Below, piece after piece: positions 8,916-18,051 of a stretch of 32,000 nt of DNA. A program made the translations under genes and the position numbers. The notes under the pieces were generated by a model. The model was not told the origin of the DNA. It searched no databases and saw only the letters and a list, made by a program, of their open reading frames with translations. The DNA is taken from positions 1,890,489 through 1,922,488 of the forward strand of contig NZ_CP152407.1 in the NCBI RefSeq assembly GCF_038958875.1, written 5' to 3'. Numbering within the stretch: position 1 is the first letter of the stretch; every line of letters begins with the position of its first letter. The stretch is from Acidovorax sp. FHTAMBA (lineage in GTDB: Bacteria; Pseudomonadota; Gammaproteobacteria; Burkholderiales; Burkholderiaceae_C).

Positions 8916-9218
8916 ATGACCAAGCTCGCCCTGTTTGTTCGCCTCGAAGCTAAACCCGGCCAGGAGGCTGCGCTTGCCGAGTTCCTGGCCAGCGCACTGC
9001 CGCTCGCCAACGCCGAGTCCGGCACCACTGCCTGGTTCGCATTGAAGTTTGGCCCTTCGACCTTCGGTGTGTTCGATGCCTTCGCCGATGAGGCAGGTCG
9101 CCAGGCACATCTGAACGGCCAGATCGCCGCGGCCTTGATGGCCAACGCCGCGACTTTGCTCAGTTCTCCGCCCAACATCGAGAAGGTAGAACTGCTTGCA
9201 GCCAAACTGCCTGCATGA
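8916..9218 (+). CDS. Small ABM-domain (antibiotic biosynthesis monooxygenase-like) protein
   Basis: ATG at 8916 is preceded by AAGGAA (8905-8910), within track ORF 8634..9218. The 100-aa product MTKLALFVRLEAKPGQEAALAEFL...WFALKFGPSTFGVFDAF fits the ferredoxin-like ABM pattern. It is divergent from the GlxA-type regulator. Confidence 0.75.
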   Translation: MTKLALFVRLEAKPGQEAALAEFLASALPLANAESGTTAWFALKFGPSTFGVFDAFADEAGRQAHLNGQIAAALMANAATLLSSPPNIEKVELLAAKLPA

Positions 9219-9557
9219 CAACCCGGCCTTGACCCCATCAGGTCACGCTGCAGGATGGGCGTCACACGGCCCTGCGCGGCGCTGCCCCTCGATTGGCCGG
9301 TGGGGATCAAGGCATGTGCCCAGGCTGCTCGTGGCGAATGACTCAGCCCGGCGTTCATAGCCGCTAACAAAACCATGGCACCGTCAAACACCTGATCGGC
9401 GTTTGACGCTGCATGGGGCGAAACAAGAACAATGACGTCAGCGCCGCGCTGTTCAAAAAAATCGCACCGCCGTTGCCGGTAGTCACACCCTCGGCCCAGG
9501 GCGGTCGACCGCGGGTGCCGGACCCCAGCGCTTTTGGTCTTCGGCGCACTGAGCGAG

Positions 9558-12086
9558 CTAGCGCCCCCGAACGGCGCGCCCCCTCCGCGCGCCCCCCGCC
9601 ACCTGACAAGCCCTCCGATACCCCCGCAGCGTCACTTCCGCCCGCTGCATCACTGTGTCCTCCACCGTGGCCGCACCTCCGGCCAGCTCATCAGCCTGCG
9701 CCTGCAGCAGCTCAGCTGGGCTCATGCCCGAAGCCTCGCCCGTCAGCAACGCAATCCCCTCGCTCACATGCCCCATGGTGTAGACATGGAACAGCCCGCG
9801 CTCCACCGCGTCCAGCACGCTGCGGTCCAGCATCAGGTGGCGCTGGTTGCGGGCGGGGATCAGCACGCCCTGCGTGCCGTCCAGCCCCGCCGCTACGCAG
9901 GCCTGGAACCAGCCTTCGATCTTTTCGTTGATGCCGCCCACGGGCAGCACCTCGCCGTGCTGGTTGAGTGCGCCGGTCACGGCAATGCCTTGGCGCAGGG
10001 GCAGGCCTGACAGGCTGGACAGCAGCGCGTACAGCTCGGCGCACGAGGCCGAATCGCCTTCCACGCCGCTGTATTCCTGCTCGAACACGATGGACGCATT
10101 GAGCGCCAGCGGCGCCACGTGGCTGAACAGGGCGGTGAGGTAGCTGTGCAATATCAGCACGCCCTTGTCGTGGATGGGGCCGGACATATCGACCTCGCGC
10201 TCGATGTTGAGCAGGCCCTCCTGCCCCGCAAACGTGCGCGCGGTGATGCGCACCGGGAAGCCAAAGCGGTAGTCGCCCAAGTCGATCTGCGTCATGGCGT
10301 TGATCTGGCCCGCCACGGAGCCGTGCAGCGTGATCAGGCGCTCGCCTTCGGCGATCGATTCGTGCAGCTGCTGCTCGGGGTAGTTGTGGCGCAGCCTGCG
10401 GGCCTGCTGGGCGGCCAGCACATCGGGGGGCTCCACCAGGGCACCGCCGCGCGCCCGGCACAGTGCGGCGCTTTCGATGACCAGCGCCTCGGTGTGGGCA
10501 AACAGTGCGCTCTGGCGGCGCTGGTCGTCGGCTTCGCGGTGGGTCTGCTCCAGCAGCAGGGCCACGGCGCTGGCCGAGAAATGCGGCAGGCCACGCTTTT
10601 GGCAGCTGCGGGCCACAAAGATGGCGGTGGCCTGCTGCGTGGCGGGCGTGGCCACAAAGTGCTCCACAAAGTCCACCTTCACGCGAAAGCGCCGGGCGGC
10701 GTCGGGGTCGGCCTCCTGCAGGGCGTAGTACTCGTCCACCGAGCCGATCAGCACGATCTTCACATCCACATCCACGGGCTCGGGCTGCAGTGCCACAGGC
10801 AGGCCTAGGCTGATGCCATGGGCCGCGCCGCCACCGCCGCCGCCTTCCTCGATCTGCAGGCGCCCGCAGCGCAAAAAGCGGCGCAGGCGCTGCCACAGGC
10901 CTTCTTCGGCCGCCACGTCGTGCAGGTGCAGCAGGATGAAACCGCCGTGCGCCTTGAGCAGGCTGCCCGCATGGATGCTGGCGTGGTCGGCCTGCATGGT
11001 GTCGGCGTCCGAGCCGTGTTCGATGCTGCCAAACAGCGATCGCACGGTGGGGTTGTCTTCCACCACCACAGGGGCGCCGCTGCGGCCGGCGTTGTCCACC
11101 GCCAGGTTCACGTGGCAGCGGGCGAGCAGGTCATCGAGCGCGTCCTTGCGGTCGTCTTCGGCGTCGGTGTTCTGGTCGGCATCGCCGGGCTCGAACAGGT
11201 CGATGTGCTCCAGCACCGAGCGCTCCACCTGGTCCAGCCACTGGGTGAGTTTGACGGCGTCCTTGATCTGCTTGCGCAGGCCCTGGCGGATGCCCTGCAG
11301 GGCGTGCTCCACCAGCGGCTTGATGGCGTTGCGGCGCAGGGCGGCCAGGGCGTCGTCGCGTGCGCGCTCCAGCGGGCGGGTGGTTTCCAGAAACCGTGCA
11401 ATCTCGGTGCGCAGCGCCTGCTCGGCCAGGTCGATCTCGGCGCGGCGCTCGCGCGGCAGGGCGCGGGCTTCGGCCTCGGTCAGCGGCTGGCCCTTGGGGC
11501 CGTTAAGGGTGAACACCATGTGCCCCGCCTCGCGGCTCAGGCGGAACTGGCGCGCTTCGGCAAATGTGTCCAGCACAGCAAAGGCTTCACTCTCGTGCGC
11601 CTGCCAGGTTTTCTCGATGCGCCCGGCCTCGGCCCGGAAGTCGGGGCTGCTCAGGCGTTTGGGGATGTCGGCCTGGAGGTTTTTGGCCATGTCGGCCATG
11701 CCCTGGCGCAGCTGGCGGCCCTGGCCTGCGGGCAGGCGCAGGGCACGGGGGCGCTCGGGCTGGTCGAAGTTGTGCAGGTAGCACAGGTCGGGTGGCACGG
11801 CGCGTTCGGCGGCTGCCGCCTGCATGGCCTGGCGCAGCAGCGACGCGCGCCCGCTGCCCACTTCGCCCAGCACAAACAGGTGGTAGTCGGGCTGCTGCAG
11901 CCCCAGGCCAAACTGCGCAGCGGCCTGCGCGCGTTCCTGGCCGATCCACGGCAGGGGCAGGTCGTGCAGCTCGGCCGTGCTGGCAAAGCCCAGCGTGGCG
12001 GGGTCAATGGTCAGCCGCAGCTGGTGGGGAGCGAGGGCAGAAACAGACATGGGTGCGGGTCGGTGGGCGGCGGAGGGCAGGGGCAT
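9558..12086 (-). CDS. Lon-like protease (AAA+-like N-region + S16 Lon proteolytic domain)
   Basis: ORF 9558..12086 (842 aa). The C-terminal Lon protease domain has a Ser-Lys dyad context (GVEGDSASCAELYALLS and LPVGGINEKIEGWF). The N-terminal P-loop-like segment is LGEVGSGRASLL. An alternative start at 12050 (MSVSAL) is possible. Confidence 0.85.
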   Translation of the reverse strand: MPLPSAAHRPAPMSVSALAPHQLRLTIDPATLGFASTAELHDLPLPWIGQERAQAAAQFGLGLQQPDYHLFVLGEVGSGRASLLRQAMQAAAAERAVPPDLCYLHNFDQPERPRALRLPAGQGRQLRQGMADMAKNLQADIPKRLSSPDFRAEAGRIEKTWQAHESEAFAVLDTFAEARQFRLSREAGHMVFTLNGPKGQPLTEAEARALPRERRAEIDLAEQALRTEIARFLETTRPLERARDDALAALRRNAIKPLVEHALQGIRQGLRKQIKDAVKLTQWLDQVERSVLEHIDLFEPGDADQNTDAEDDRKDALDDLLARCHVNLAVDNAGRSGAPVVVEDNPTVRSLFGSIEHGSDADTMQADHASIHAGSLLKAHGGFILLHLHDVAAEEGLWQRLRRFLRCGRLQIEEGGGGGGAAHGISLGLPVALQPEPVDVDVKIVLIGSVDEYYALQEADPDAARRFRVKVDFVEHFVATPATQQATAIFVARSCQKRGLPHFSASAVALLLEQTHREADDQRRQSALFAHTEALVIESAALCRARGGALVEPPDVLAAQQARRLRHNYPEQQLHESIAEGERLITLHGSVAGQINAMTQIDLGDYRFGFPVRITARTFAGQEGLLNIEREVDMSGPIHDKGVLILHSYLTALFSHVAPLALNASIVFEQEYSGVEGDSASCAELYALLSSLSGLPLRQGIAVTGALNQHGEVLPVGGINEKIEGWFQACVAAGLDGTQGVLIPARNQRHLMLDRSVLDAVERGLFHVYTMGHVSEGIALLTGEASGMSPAELLQAQADELAGGAATVEDTVMQRAEVTLRGYRRACQVAGGARRGRAVRGR

Positions 12087-12125
12087 CGTACAGATGCCTG
12101 CCTACCCAGAATATGATTAAAACAA

Positions 12126-12170
12126 GGCTCCAGCGCTTACTGGATAAGCGCTAGCAGCTACAAAAATAAT
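12126..12170 (+). repeat. REP-like intergenic repeat, copy A (best hairpin)
   Basis: GGCTCCAGCGCTTACTGGATAAGCGCTAGCAGCTACAAAAATAA. The perfect 8-bp stem is AGCGCTTA(12132-12139)/TAAGCGCT(12145-12152) with a 5-nt loop. It lies in the low-GC spacer between the hemH stop and the Lon-like start. Confidence 0.75.
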
Positions 12171-12179
12171 AGTATTCGT

Positions 12180-13295
12180 TCAGTGTGCCACGGGGCATAC
12201 GCCCTTGGGCGCGCCACCGGCCAACGCATGGCTGCGCGCATCGGCCAGCGCCGCAGCGCCGGGCACCTCGGTGGGCCAGCCTGCCAGGTGCTGCTGCGCC
12301 ACGCGGCTGAGCGCAGTGATCCAGTGGTTGTTGTCGTTCAGGCAGGGGATGTAGTGAAACTCCTGACCGCCCGCGTGCAAAAAGGCCTCGCGCACTTCCA
12401 TGTTGATTTCTTCCAGCGTCTCCAGGCAGTCGCTGGTAAAGCCGGGGCACACCACGTCCACGCGGCGTGTGCCGGCCTTGCCCAGCGCCTCGATGGTGGG
12501 CTGGGTATAGGGCTCCAGCCACTTGGCCTTGCCAAAGCGCGACTGGAAGGTGATGCGGTAGCGCTCCTCGCGCAGGCCCAGGCGCTCGGCCAGCAGGCGG
12601 CCGGTCTTGCGCGATTCGCAGTGATAGGGGTCGCCCAGGTGCAGCGTGCGCTCGGGCACGCCATGAAAGCTCATCACCAGCTGGTCGGGCTGGCCGTGGG
12701 TCTTCCAGTGCGCTTCTATGGTGCGGGCCAGCGCGTCAATGTAGCCGGGCGCGTCGTGGTAGTGGTTGACAAAGCGCAGCTCGGGCACGTTGCGCGTGGC
12801 GGCGGCCCAGGTGTAGACAGCGTCAAACACGCTGGCCGTGGTGGTGGCCGAGTACTGCGGGTACAGCGGCAATATCAGGATGCGCGTGGCGCCCTCGGCC
12901 TTCAGCGCATCGAGCTGGCTGGCGATGGAGGGGTTGCCGTAGCGCATGGCATGGCGCACCAGCACCGCGTGCCCCGCTTCGCCTAGCCAGCCGCGCAGCA
13001 GCGTGGCCTGCCTGGCTGTCCAGTGCGCCAGGGGCGAGCCCTCGGGCGTCCAGATGCTGGCGTATTTGGCGGCCGACTTGGCCGGGCGCGTGCGCAGGAT
13101 GATGCCGTGCAGGATGGGCATCCACAGCAGCTTGGGAATCTCCACCACGCGGTGGTCGCCCAGAAACTGCGCCAGATAGCGGCGCACGGCCGGGGCCGTG
13201 GGTTCGTCGGGCGTGCCCAGGTTGCACAGCAGCACGGCGGTGCGTTCGGCCTGGCCGTGGGTGTAAGGGGGTTCGGGGGAAAAGGGAGAGCGCAT
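12180..13295 (-). CDS. hemH: Ferrochelatase
   Basis: ORF 12180..13295 (371 aa). It shows LLCNLGTPDEPTAPAVRRYLAQFLGDHRVVEIP, ILPLYPQYSATTT, MSFHGVPE and GFTSDCLETLEEI, all classical HemH blocks. Confidence 0.95.
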   Translation of the reverse strand: MRSPFSPEPPYTHGQAERTAVLLCNLGTPDEPTAPAVRRYLAQFLGDHRVVEIPKLLWMPILHGIILRTRPAKSAAKYASIWTPEGSPLAHWTARQATLLRGWLGEAGHAVLVRHAMRYGNPSIASQLDALKAEGATRILILPLYPQYSATTTASVFDAVYTWAAATRNVPELRFVNHYHDAPGYIDALARTIEAHWKTHGQPDQLVMSFHGVPERTLHLGDPYHCESRKTGRLLAERLGLREERYRITFQSRFGKAKWLEPYTQPTIEALGKAGTRRVDVVCPGFTSDCLETLEEINMEVREAFLHAGGQEFHYIPCLNDNNHWITALSRVAQQHLAGWPTEVPGAAALADARSHALAGGAPKGVCPVAH

Positions 13296-13354
13296 GGCCC
13301 CATTGTGGCAAATGCCCCGGGCCCCGGGCGGGCGTGGAGTATTCTCGCCAGACC

Positions 13355-14104
13355 ATGCCCGACACTCCCTTCCCCGGTTCGGCCGGCTCCGCCGGGGCCG
13401 ACGCCGCCTCCCTGCTGGACCTCTCCCGCATCCGCGCCATCTCCATCGATCTGGACGACACGCTGTGGCCCATCTGGCCCACCATTGCGCGCGCCGAGGC
13501 GGTGCTGCTGGAGTGGCTCACGCACCATGCGCCGGCCACTGCGGCGCTGTTTTCCAACACCGAGGCGCTGCGCGCCATCCGCAACCAGATGGTGACCTTG
13601 CGCCCCGACCTTAAGGCCGACCTGAGCGCGCTGCGGCGCGAGTCGATCCGGCTGGCCCTGACCCAGGCCGGCGATGAACCCGAGCTGGCCGAGCCGGCGT
13701 TTGACCTCTTCTTTGCCGAACGCCAGCGCGTGGAGCTGTTTGACGACGCCCACGACACGCTGGCCTTTCTGTCGGCGCGCTACCCGGTGGTGGCCGTCTC
13801 CAATGGCAACGCCGACGTGCACCGCATTGGCATCGGCCACTACTTTCGCCACAGCATCAGCGCGTCGGACTTTGGCGTGGCCAAGCCGGACCCGCGCATC
13901 TTTCACGCCGCCGCCACCGCCGTTCGGGTGGCACCGCATGAGGTGCTGCATGTGGGCGACGACGCCACGCTGGATGCCCAGGGCGCGCTCAACGCGGGCA
14001 TGCAGGCCGTGTGGATCAACACCGCCAGCCACCCCTGGCCGCATGGGCAGCCGCCCCACGCCACGGTGCCCAGCCTCACGGCGCTGTGCCGGCTGCTGGC
14101 CTGA
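13355..14104 (+). CDS. HAD-superfamily hydrolase
   Basis: Track ORF 13334..14104 starts at a GTG; I prefer the ATG at 13355. HAD motif I is ISIDLDDTLW, motif II VVAVSNG, and motif III/IV KPDPRIF...HVGDD. Confidence 0.8.
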   Translation: MPDTPFPGSAGSAGADAASLLDLSRIRAISIDLDDTLWPIWPTIARAEAVLLEWLTHHAPATAALFSNTEALRAIRNQMVTLRPDLKADLSALRRESIRLALTQAGDEPELAEPAFDLFFAERQRVELFDDAHDTLAFLSARYPVVAVSNGNADVHRIGIGHYFRHSISASDFGVAKPDPRIFHAAATAVRVAPHEVLHVGDDATLDAQGALNAGMQAVWINTASHPWPHGQPPHATVPSLTALCRLLA

Positions 14105-14200
14105 GGTACTTCTTGCCCCAGATCAATTCCTGACTGCGCAGCGGTTGATGCCGCTGCCCGTTGACGTCACACTCACCCGTCGCCCAGCGACCCTTCCGCC

Positions 14201-15064
14201 ATGCCCCGCAAGCTCCACTTTTTGCCCCCTATTCGCACCATTGGCCTCACGCGGCCCCTGCACTGGCTGGCCCTGGGCTGGCGCGACATGGTGCGTGCAG
14301 GCTGGATCAGCGTGGCCCAGGGCCTGGCGCTGGCACTGTTTGGCGCGGCCATCTTTGCGGTGGCGCACCACCGCTTCTGGCTGCTGGCGGGTGCGCTGTC
14401 GGGCTTTCTGGTGGTGGCGCCGGTGCTGGCCACCAGCCTCTATGCCCTGAGCCGCGCGCTGGAACGCGGTGAGCCCGCCAACCTGGGCGTGGTGCTCAAG
14501 ACCTGGCTCAACTGGCAAAACAGCCATGTCAACAAATGGGGCAACGACTACTGGTGCATGGTGCAGTTCGGCGCGCTGCTGGCGCTGGCCGCCACCGGGT
14601 GGGTGATGACATCGGCGGCGCTCATCACGCTGCTGGCGCAGGCGCCCGTGCTCACGCCGCTCGATTTTCTGCGCCACGTGGTGCTGGCGCGCGAGGGCTG
14701 GCTGTTCGAGATCTGGCTGGGCCTGGGCAGCCTGATGGCGGCGCCCATCTTTGCATCGAGCGTGGTGGCCATGCCGCTGCTGCTGGACCGCCGCGCCACG
14801 CTGCTGCAGGCCGTGCTCACCAGCTGGAAGGCGGTGGTGGTGAACCCGCTGCCCATGGCACTGTGGGCCGCGCTGATCCTGGGCCTGACGTTGCTCGGGC
14901 TGGGCTCGATGCTGCTGGGGCTGGTGGTGGTGATGCCCGTGCTGGGCCATGCCAGCTGGCACGCCTACCGGGATCTGGTCGATGCCTCTGGCATGCCCGA
15001 GCGCGAGCCTGCCAAGGCTGCCAACGTCGCCAATGTCGCTAACGCCAGCGGGGTGGCGCCGTGA
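14201..15064 (+). CDS. DUF2189-like integral membrane protein
   Basis: ORF 14201..15064 (287 aa). It has several hydrophobic helices, and the N-terminal RPLHWLALGWRDM...GW block resembles DUF2189 family members as I remember them. Function unknown. Confidence 0.7.
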   Translation: MPRKLHFLPPIRTIGLTRPLHWLALGWRDMVRAGWISVAQGLALALFGAAIFAVAHHRFWLLAGALSGFLVVAPVLATSLYALSRALERGEPANLGVVLKTWLNWQNSHVNKWGNDYWCMVQFGALLALAATGWVMTSAALITLLAQAPVLTPLDFLRHVVLAREGWLFEIWLGLGSLMAAPIFASSVVAMPLLLDRRATLLQAVLTSWKAVVVNPLPMALWAALILGLTLLGLGSMLLGLVVVMPVLGHASWHAYRDLVDASGMPEREPAKAANVANVANASGVAP

Positions 15065-15273
15065 TCTTTGGATTTACCGAAGCGCAGATATCGGGCTTCT
15101 TTCTCACCTACGGGGTGGGCGCGTTCATCCTGTACATGCTGTTCATCATCGGCCAGCTGGCGTGGGAATCCAAAGCCGGGCGGTTTGGCACCTTTGTGCT
15201 GTTCCTGGGGCTGGGCGTGGGATTCCTCGGCTATGTGGCCAAGATCGTGATCCAGTGGTGGCTGGAGCGGTAG
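15061..15273 (+). CDS. DUF2788-like small membrane protein
   Basis: ORF 15061..15273 (70 aa, GTG start). It has two predicted TM helices (FFLTYGVGAFILYMLFIIG and FGTFVLFLGLGVGFLGYVA). The start overlaps the preceding stop as GTGA (15061-15064). Confidence 0.65.
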   Translation: MIFGFTEAQISGFFLTYGVGAFILYMLFIIGQLAWESKAGRFGTFVLFLGLGVGFLGYVAKIVIQWWLER

Positions 15274-15294
15274 GCGTGAACGGCTCAGCGGGCG

Positions 15295-18051
15295 TCATGC
15301 CCGCGCCATAGCCCGCCAGCGGCGCTGCCCCCACTTTTCCACCTCGGCCACTACAAACACGGCCGCGCCCGCCAGCAGCACACGCCCCCACTCGGCCAGC
15401 GTCAGATCCGTGGAGCCGAACACCTGTTGCAGCCAGGCGGCGTGCACAAACGCCAGCTGCATCGCGGCGCACAGCGCGATGGCGGCCGGCACCTTGAGGT
15501 TGCCCAGCAGCCCTTCGCGGTTGAGCATGCTGTGCAGGATGTGGCGGCTGTTGTACAGGTAGAACATTTCGGCCACCACCACGGTGCTCACTGCCATGGT
15601 GCGCGCCGTTGCAATGGATGCGCCTTGCCCCAGCTCCCACAGGAACAGGCCGAGCGCGGCGCAGGCCATCAGCACGGACACCATCACCACACGCCACACG
15701 AACAGGCCGCTGAGCAAGGGCTCGCCGGGGTTGCGCGGGCTGCGGCGCATCACGTCGTCCTCGGCGGGCTCAAAGGCGAGCGCCAGGCCCAGCGTGCTGG
15801 AGGTGACCAGGTTGATCCACAGCACCTGCACCGCCGTGAGCGGCAGTGCCAGGCCGAACGCAATGGCGCAGAACACCACCAGCGCTTCGCCGCCATTGGT
15901 GGGCAGCGTGAACAGGATGAACTTGCGCACGTTGTCGTAGATGCCGCGCCCCTCGCGCACGGCGCGGCCCAGCGTGGCGAAGTTGTCGTCGGCCAGCACC
16001 ACGGCGGCGGCGTCCTTGGCGGCCTCGGTGCCGTTGTGGCCCATGGCCACGCCCACGTCGGCGCGCTTGAGGGCCGGCGCATCGTTCACGCCGTCGCCGG
16101 TCATGGCCACCACCTCGCCGTGCGCCTGCAGGGCCTGCACCAGGCGCAGCTTGTGCTCGGGGCTGGCGCGGGCAAACACGTCCACATCGCTCACCACCTG
16201 CTGCAGCGCGGTGTCGTCCAGCAGCTCGATCTCGGCGCCCGTGAGGGCGGGCTTGCCGACGCCGATGCCCAGCTGGGCGCCGATGGCGCGGGCGGTTTCG
16301 CCATGGTCGCCGGTGATCATCTTCACCCGGATGCCGGCCGCATGGCATTCGGCCACGGCGGCCATGGCCTCGGGGCGGGGCGGGTCCATGCTGCCCAGCA
16401 GGGCCAGCAGCGTGAAGCCACCCTCGGCGTCTGAAAAATCCAGCGTCTGCTGGCTGGAGGGCACGGTTTTGGTGGCCAGGGCCAGCACCCGCAGCGCGCG
16501 GGCCGCGCAGTCGTTGGCGGCGCGGCGCCAGTGGTCGTGGTCCAGGGGCTCGTCGGTGCCGTCTGCGCGGCGCTGGGCGCTGCACATGTCCAGCACGCGC
16601 TCGGGCGCGCCCTTGACCAGCACCATCGCGTGGCCCGCGTGGTCGTGGTGCAGCGTGGCCATGAAGCGGTGCTCGGACTCGAACGGAATCGCGTCGGTGC
16701 GCGGGTGTTCGGCGCGTTCGCTGGTGGCGTCGAGCCCCGCCTTGAGCGCCAGCGTGAGCAGGGCGCCTTCGGTGGGGTCGCCGGTCAGCGTCCAGCCGGT
16801 GTCGCCATGGGCCAGCGATGCGTCGTTGCACAGCAGCGCGGCCTGGGCCACCGGCAACAGTGCCGGGTGCTCGCCCAGGGGTACGCTCTGCCCGCCCAGG
16901 TGAAAGCCGCCCTCGGGCGCGTAGCCCGTGCCGCTCACCTCGTACACCCGGTCGGCGGTGGCCACGCGCTGCACGGTCATGGCATTGCAGGTCAGCGTGC
17001 CGGTCTTGTCCGAACAGATCACGGTGACCGAGCCCAGCGTTTCCACGGCGGGCAGGTGCCGGATGATGGCGTTGTGCGTGGCCATGCGCCGCACGCCCAG
17101 CGCCAGCGTGATGGTCATGATTGCGGGCAGGCCTTCGGGGATGGCCGATGCGGCCAGCGCCACGGCCATCATGAACATCTCGGCCGGTGCCTGGCCGCGC
17201 CACCACACGCCAATGGCAAACGTGGCCACCACAAACACGCCGATCACCGCTGCCAGCCAGTGGCTGAACCGGGCAATCTGGCGCAGCAGCGGGGTTGTGG
17301 CCGCCTCCACCGTGGCCAGCAGGGCGCTGATGCGGCCCAGCTCGGTGCGGGCCCCCGTGGCCACCACCACGCCCACCACCGTGCCCGATGCGACCAGCGT
17401 GCCCGAATACAGCATCCCGCGCCGGTCGCCCACGGGCGCGTCGGCGGCCACAGCGTCGGGGGTTTTCTCACTCGGCACCGACTCGCCCGTGAGCACGGCC
17501 TCGTCTGCACGCAGGTTGCGGGCGTTGACGATGCGCAGGTCGGCCGGCACCTTGTCGCCCGAAGCCAGCATCACGATGTCGCCCGGCACCAGTTGCTCGG
17601 CCGCCACCATCTGGCGTTCGCCGCCGCGCAGCACCGAGGCCTGCAGCGACAGCATGCGCCGGATGGCATCCAGCGCCGATTCGGCCTTGCCCTCCTGCAG
17701 AAAGCCGATCACCGCGTTGATCACCACGGCCCCCAGCAGCACCCCCGTGTCCAGCCAGTGCCCGAGCGCCGCCGTCACCAGTGCCGACGCAAGCATCACG
17801 TAGATGAGCACGTTGTGGAACTGGTGCAGCAGCCGCAGCCACGCGGGCCGCCCGCGCGTCTGCGGCAGGCGGTTGGGGCCGTGCCGGGCCAGGCGCAGGG
17901 CGGCTTCCTCCACGGTCAGGCCCCGGTCGGCGCTAGCGCCCAGCTGCTGCAGCGCGGCGCTGGCCTCCAGGCTGTGCCAGACGGTGGCGGTGTCGGCCGG
18001 GGCGGCGGGGGGCGGTGTGGCGGGGGAGGGCGGCAGGTTCGTCGGGCTCAT
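15295..18051 (-). CDS. Cation-translocating P-type ATPase (P2-type, Ca2+/Mg2+/Na+-class; ion not assignable)
   Basis: ORF 15295..18051 (918 aa). It shows the phosphorylation motif CSDKTGTLT, TGES, the PEGLPA M4 motif, MITGDH and the hinge MTGDGVNDAPALK. Confidence 0.92.
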   Translation of the reverse strand: MSPTNLPPSPATPPPAAPADTATVWHSLEASAALQQLGASADRGLTVEEAALRLARHGPNRLPQTRGRPAWLRLLHQFHNVLIYVMLASALVTAALGHWLDTGVLLGAVVINAVIGFLQEGKAESALDAIRRMLSLQASVLRGGERQMVAAEQLVPGDIVMLASGDKVPADLRIVNARNLRADEAVLTGESVPSEKTPDAVAADAPVGDRRGMLYSGTLVASGTVVGVVVATGARTELGRISALLATVEAATTPLLRQIARFSHWLAAVIGVFVVATFAIGVWWRGQAPAEMFMMAVALAASAIPEGLPAIMTITLALGVRRMATHNAIIRHLPAVETLGSVTVICSDKTGTLTCNAMTVQRVATADRVYEVSGTGYAPEGGFHLGGQSVPLGEHPALLPVAQAALLCNDASLAHGDTGWTLTGDPTEGALLTLALKAGLDATSERAEHPRTDAIPFESEHRFMATLHHDHAGHAMVLVKGAPERVLDMCSAQRRADGTDEPLDHDHWRRAANDCAARALRVLALATKTVPSSQQTLDFSDAEGGFTLLALLGSMDPPRPEAMAAVAECHAAGIRVKMITGDHGETARAIGAQLGIGVGKPALTGAEIELLDDTALQQVVSDVDVFARASPEHKLRLVQALQAHGEVVAMTGDGVNDAPALKRADVGVAMGHNGTEAAKDAAAVVLADDNFATLGRAVREGRGIYDNVRKFILFTLPTNGGEALVVFCAIAFGLALPLTAVQVLWINLVTSSTLGLALAFEPAEDDVMRRSPRNPGEPLLSGLFVWRVVMVSVLMACAALGLFLWELGQGASIATARTMAVSTVVVAEMFYLYNSRHILHSMLNREGLLGNLKVPAAIALCAAMQLAFVHAAWLQQVFGSTDLTLAEWGRVLLAGAAVFVVAEVEKWGQRRWRAMARA

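Noticed and set aside
9219-9557. Minus-strand coding-like stretch ...CDFFEQRGADVIVLVSPHAASNADQVFDGAMVLLAAMNAGLSHSP... between the ABM gene and the Lon-like gene.
   Set aside because: It has no upstream start codon. The frame runs antisense through the whole ABM gene before its first stop (8897). No family is recognised. It could be a decayed pseudogene or simply a high-GC open frame.
10818-12116. Long plus-strand ORFs antisense to real genes, for example 10818..12116, 16531..18291, 18387..19760, 19489..20880, 25837..26757, 27534..28613 and 29327..30082.
   Set aside because: Their translations are Arg/Ala/Gly/His/Gln-rich and low in complexity, with no motifs. Each is the mirror frame of a well-supported gene. 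These are typical shadow ORFs of a high-GC genome.
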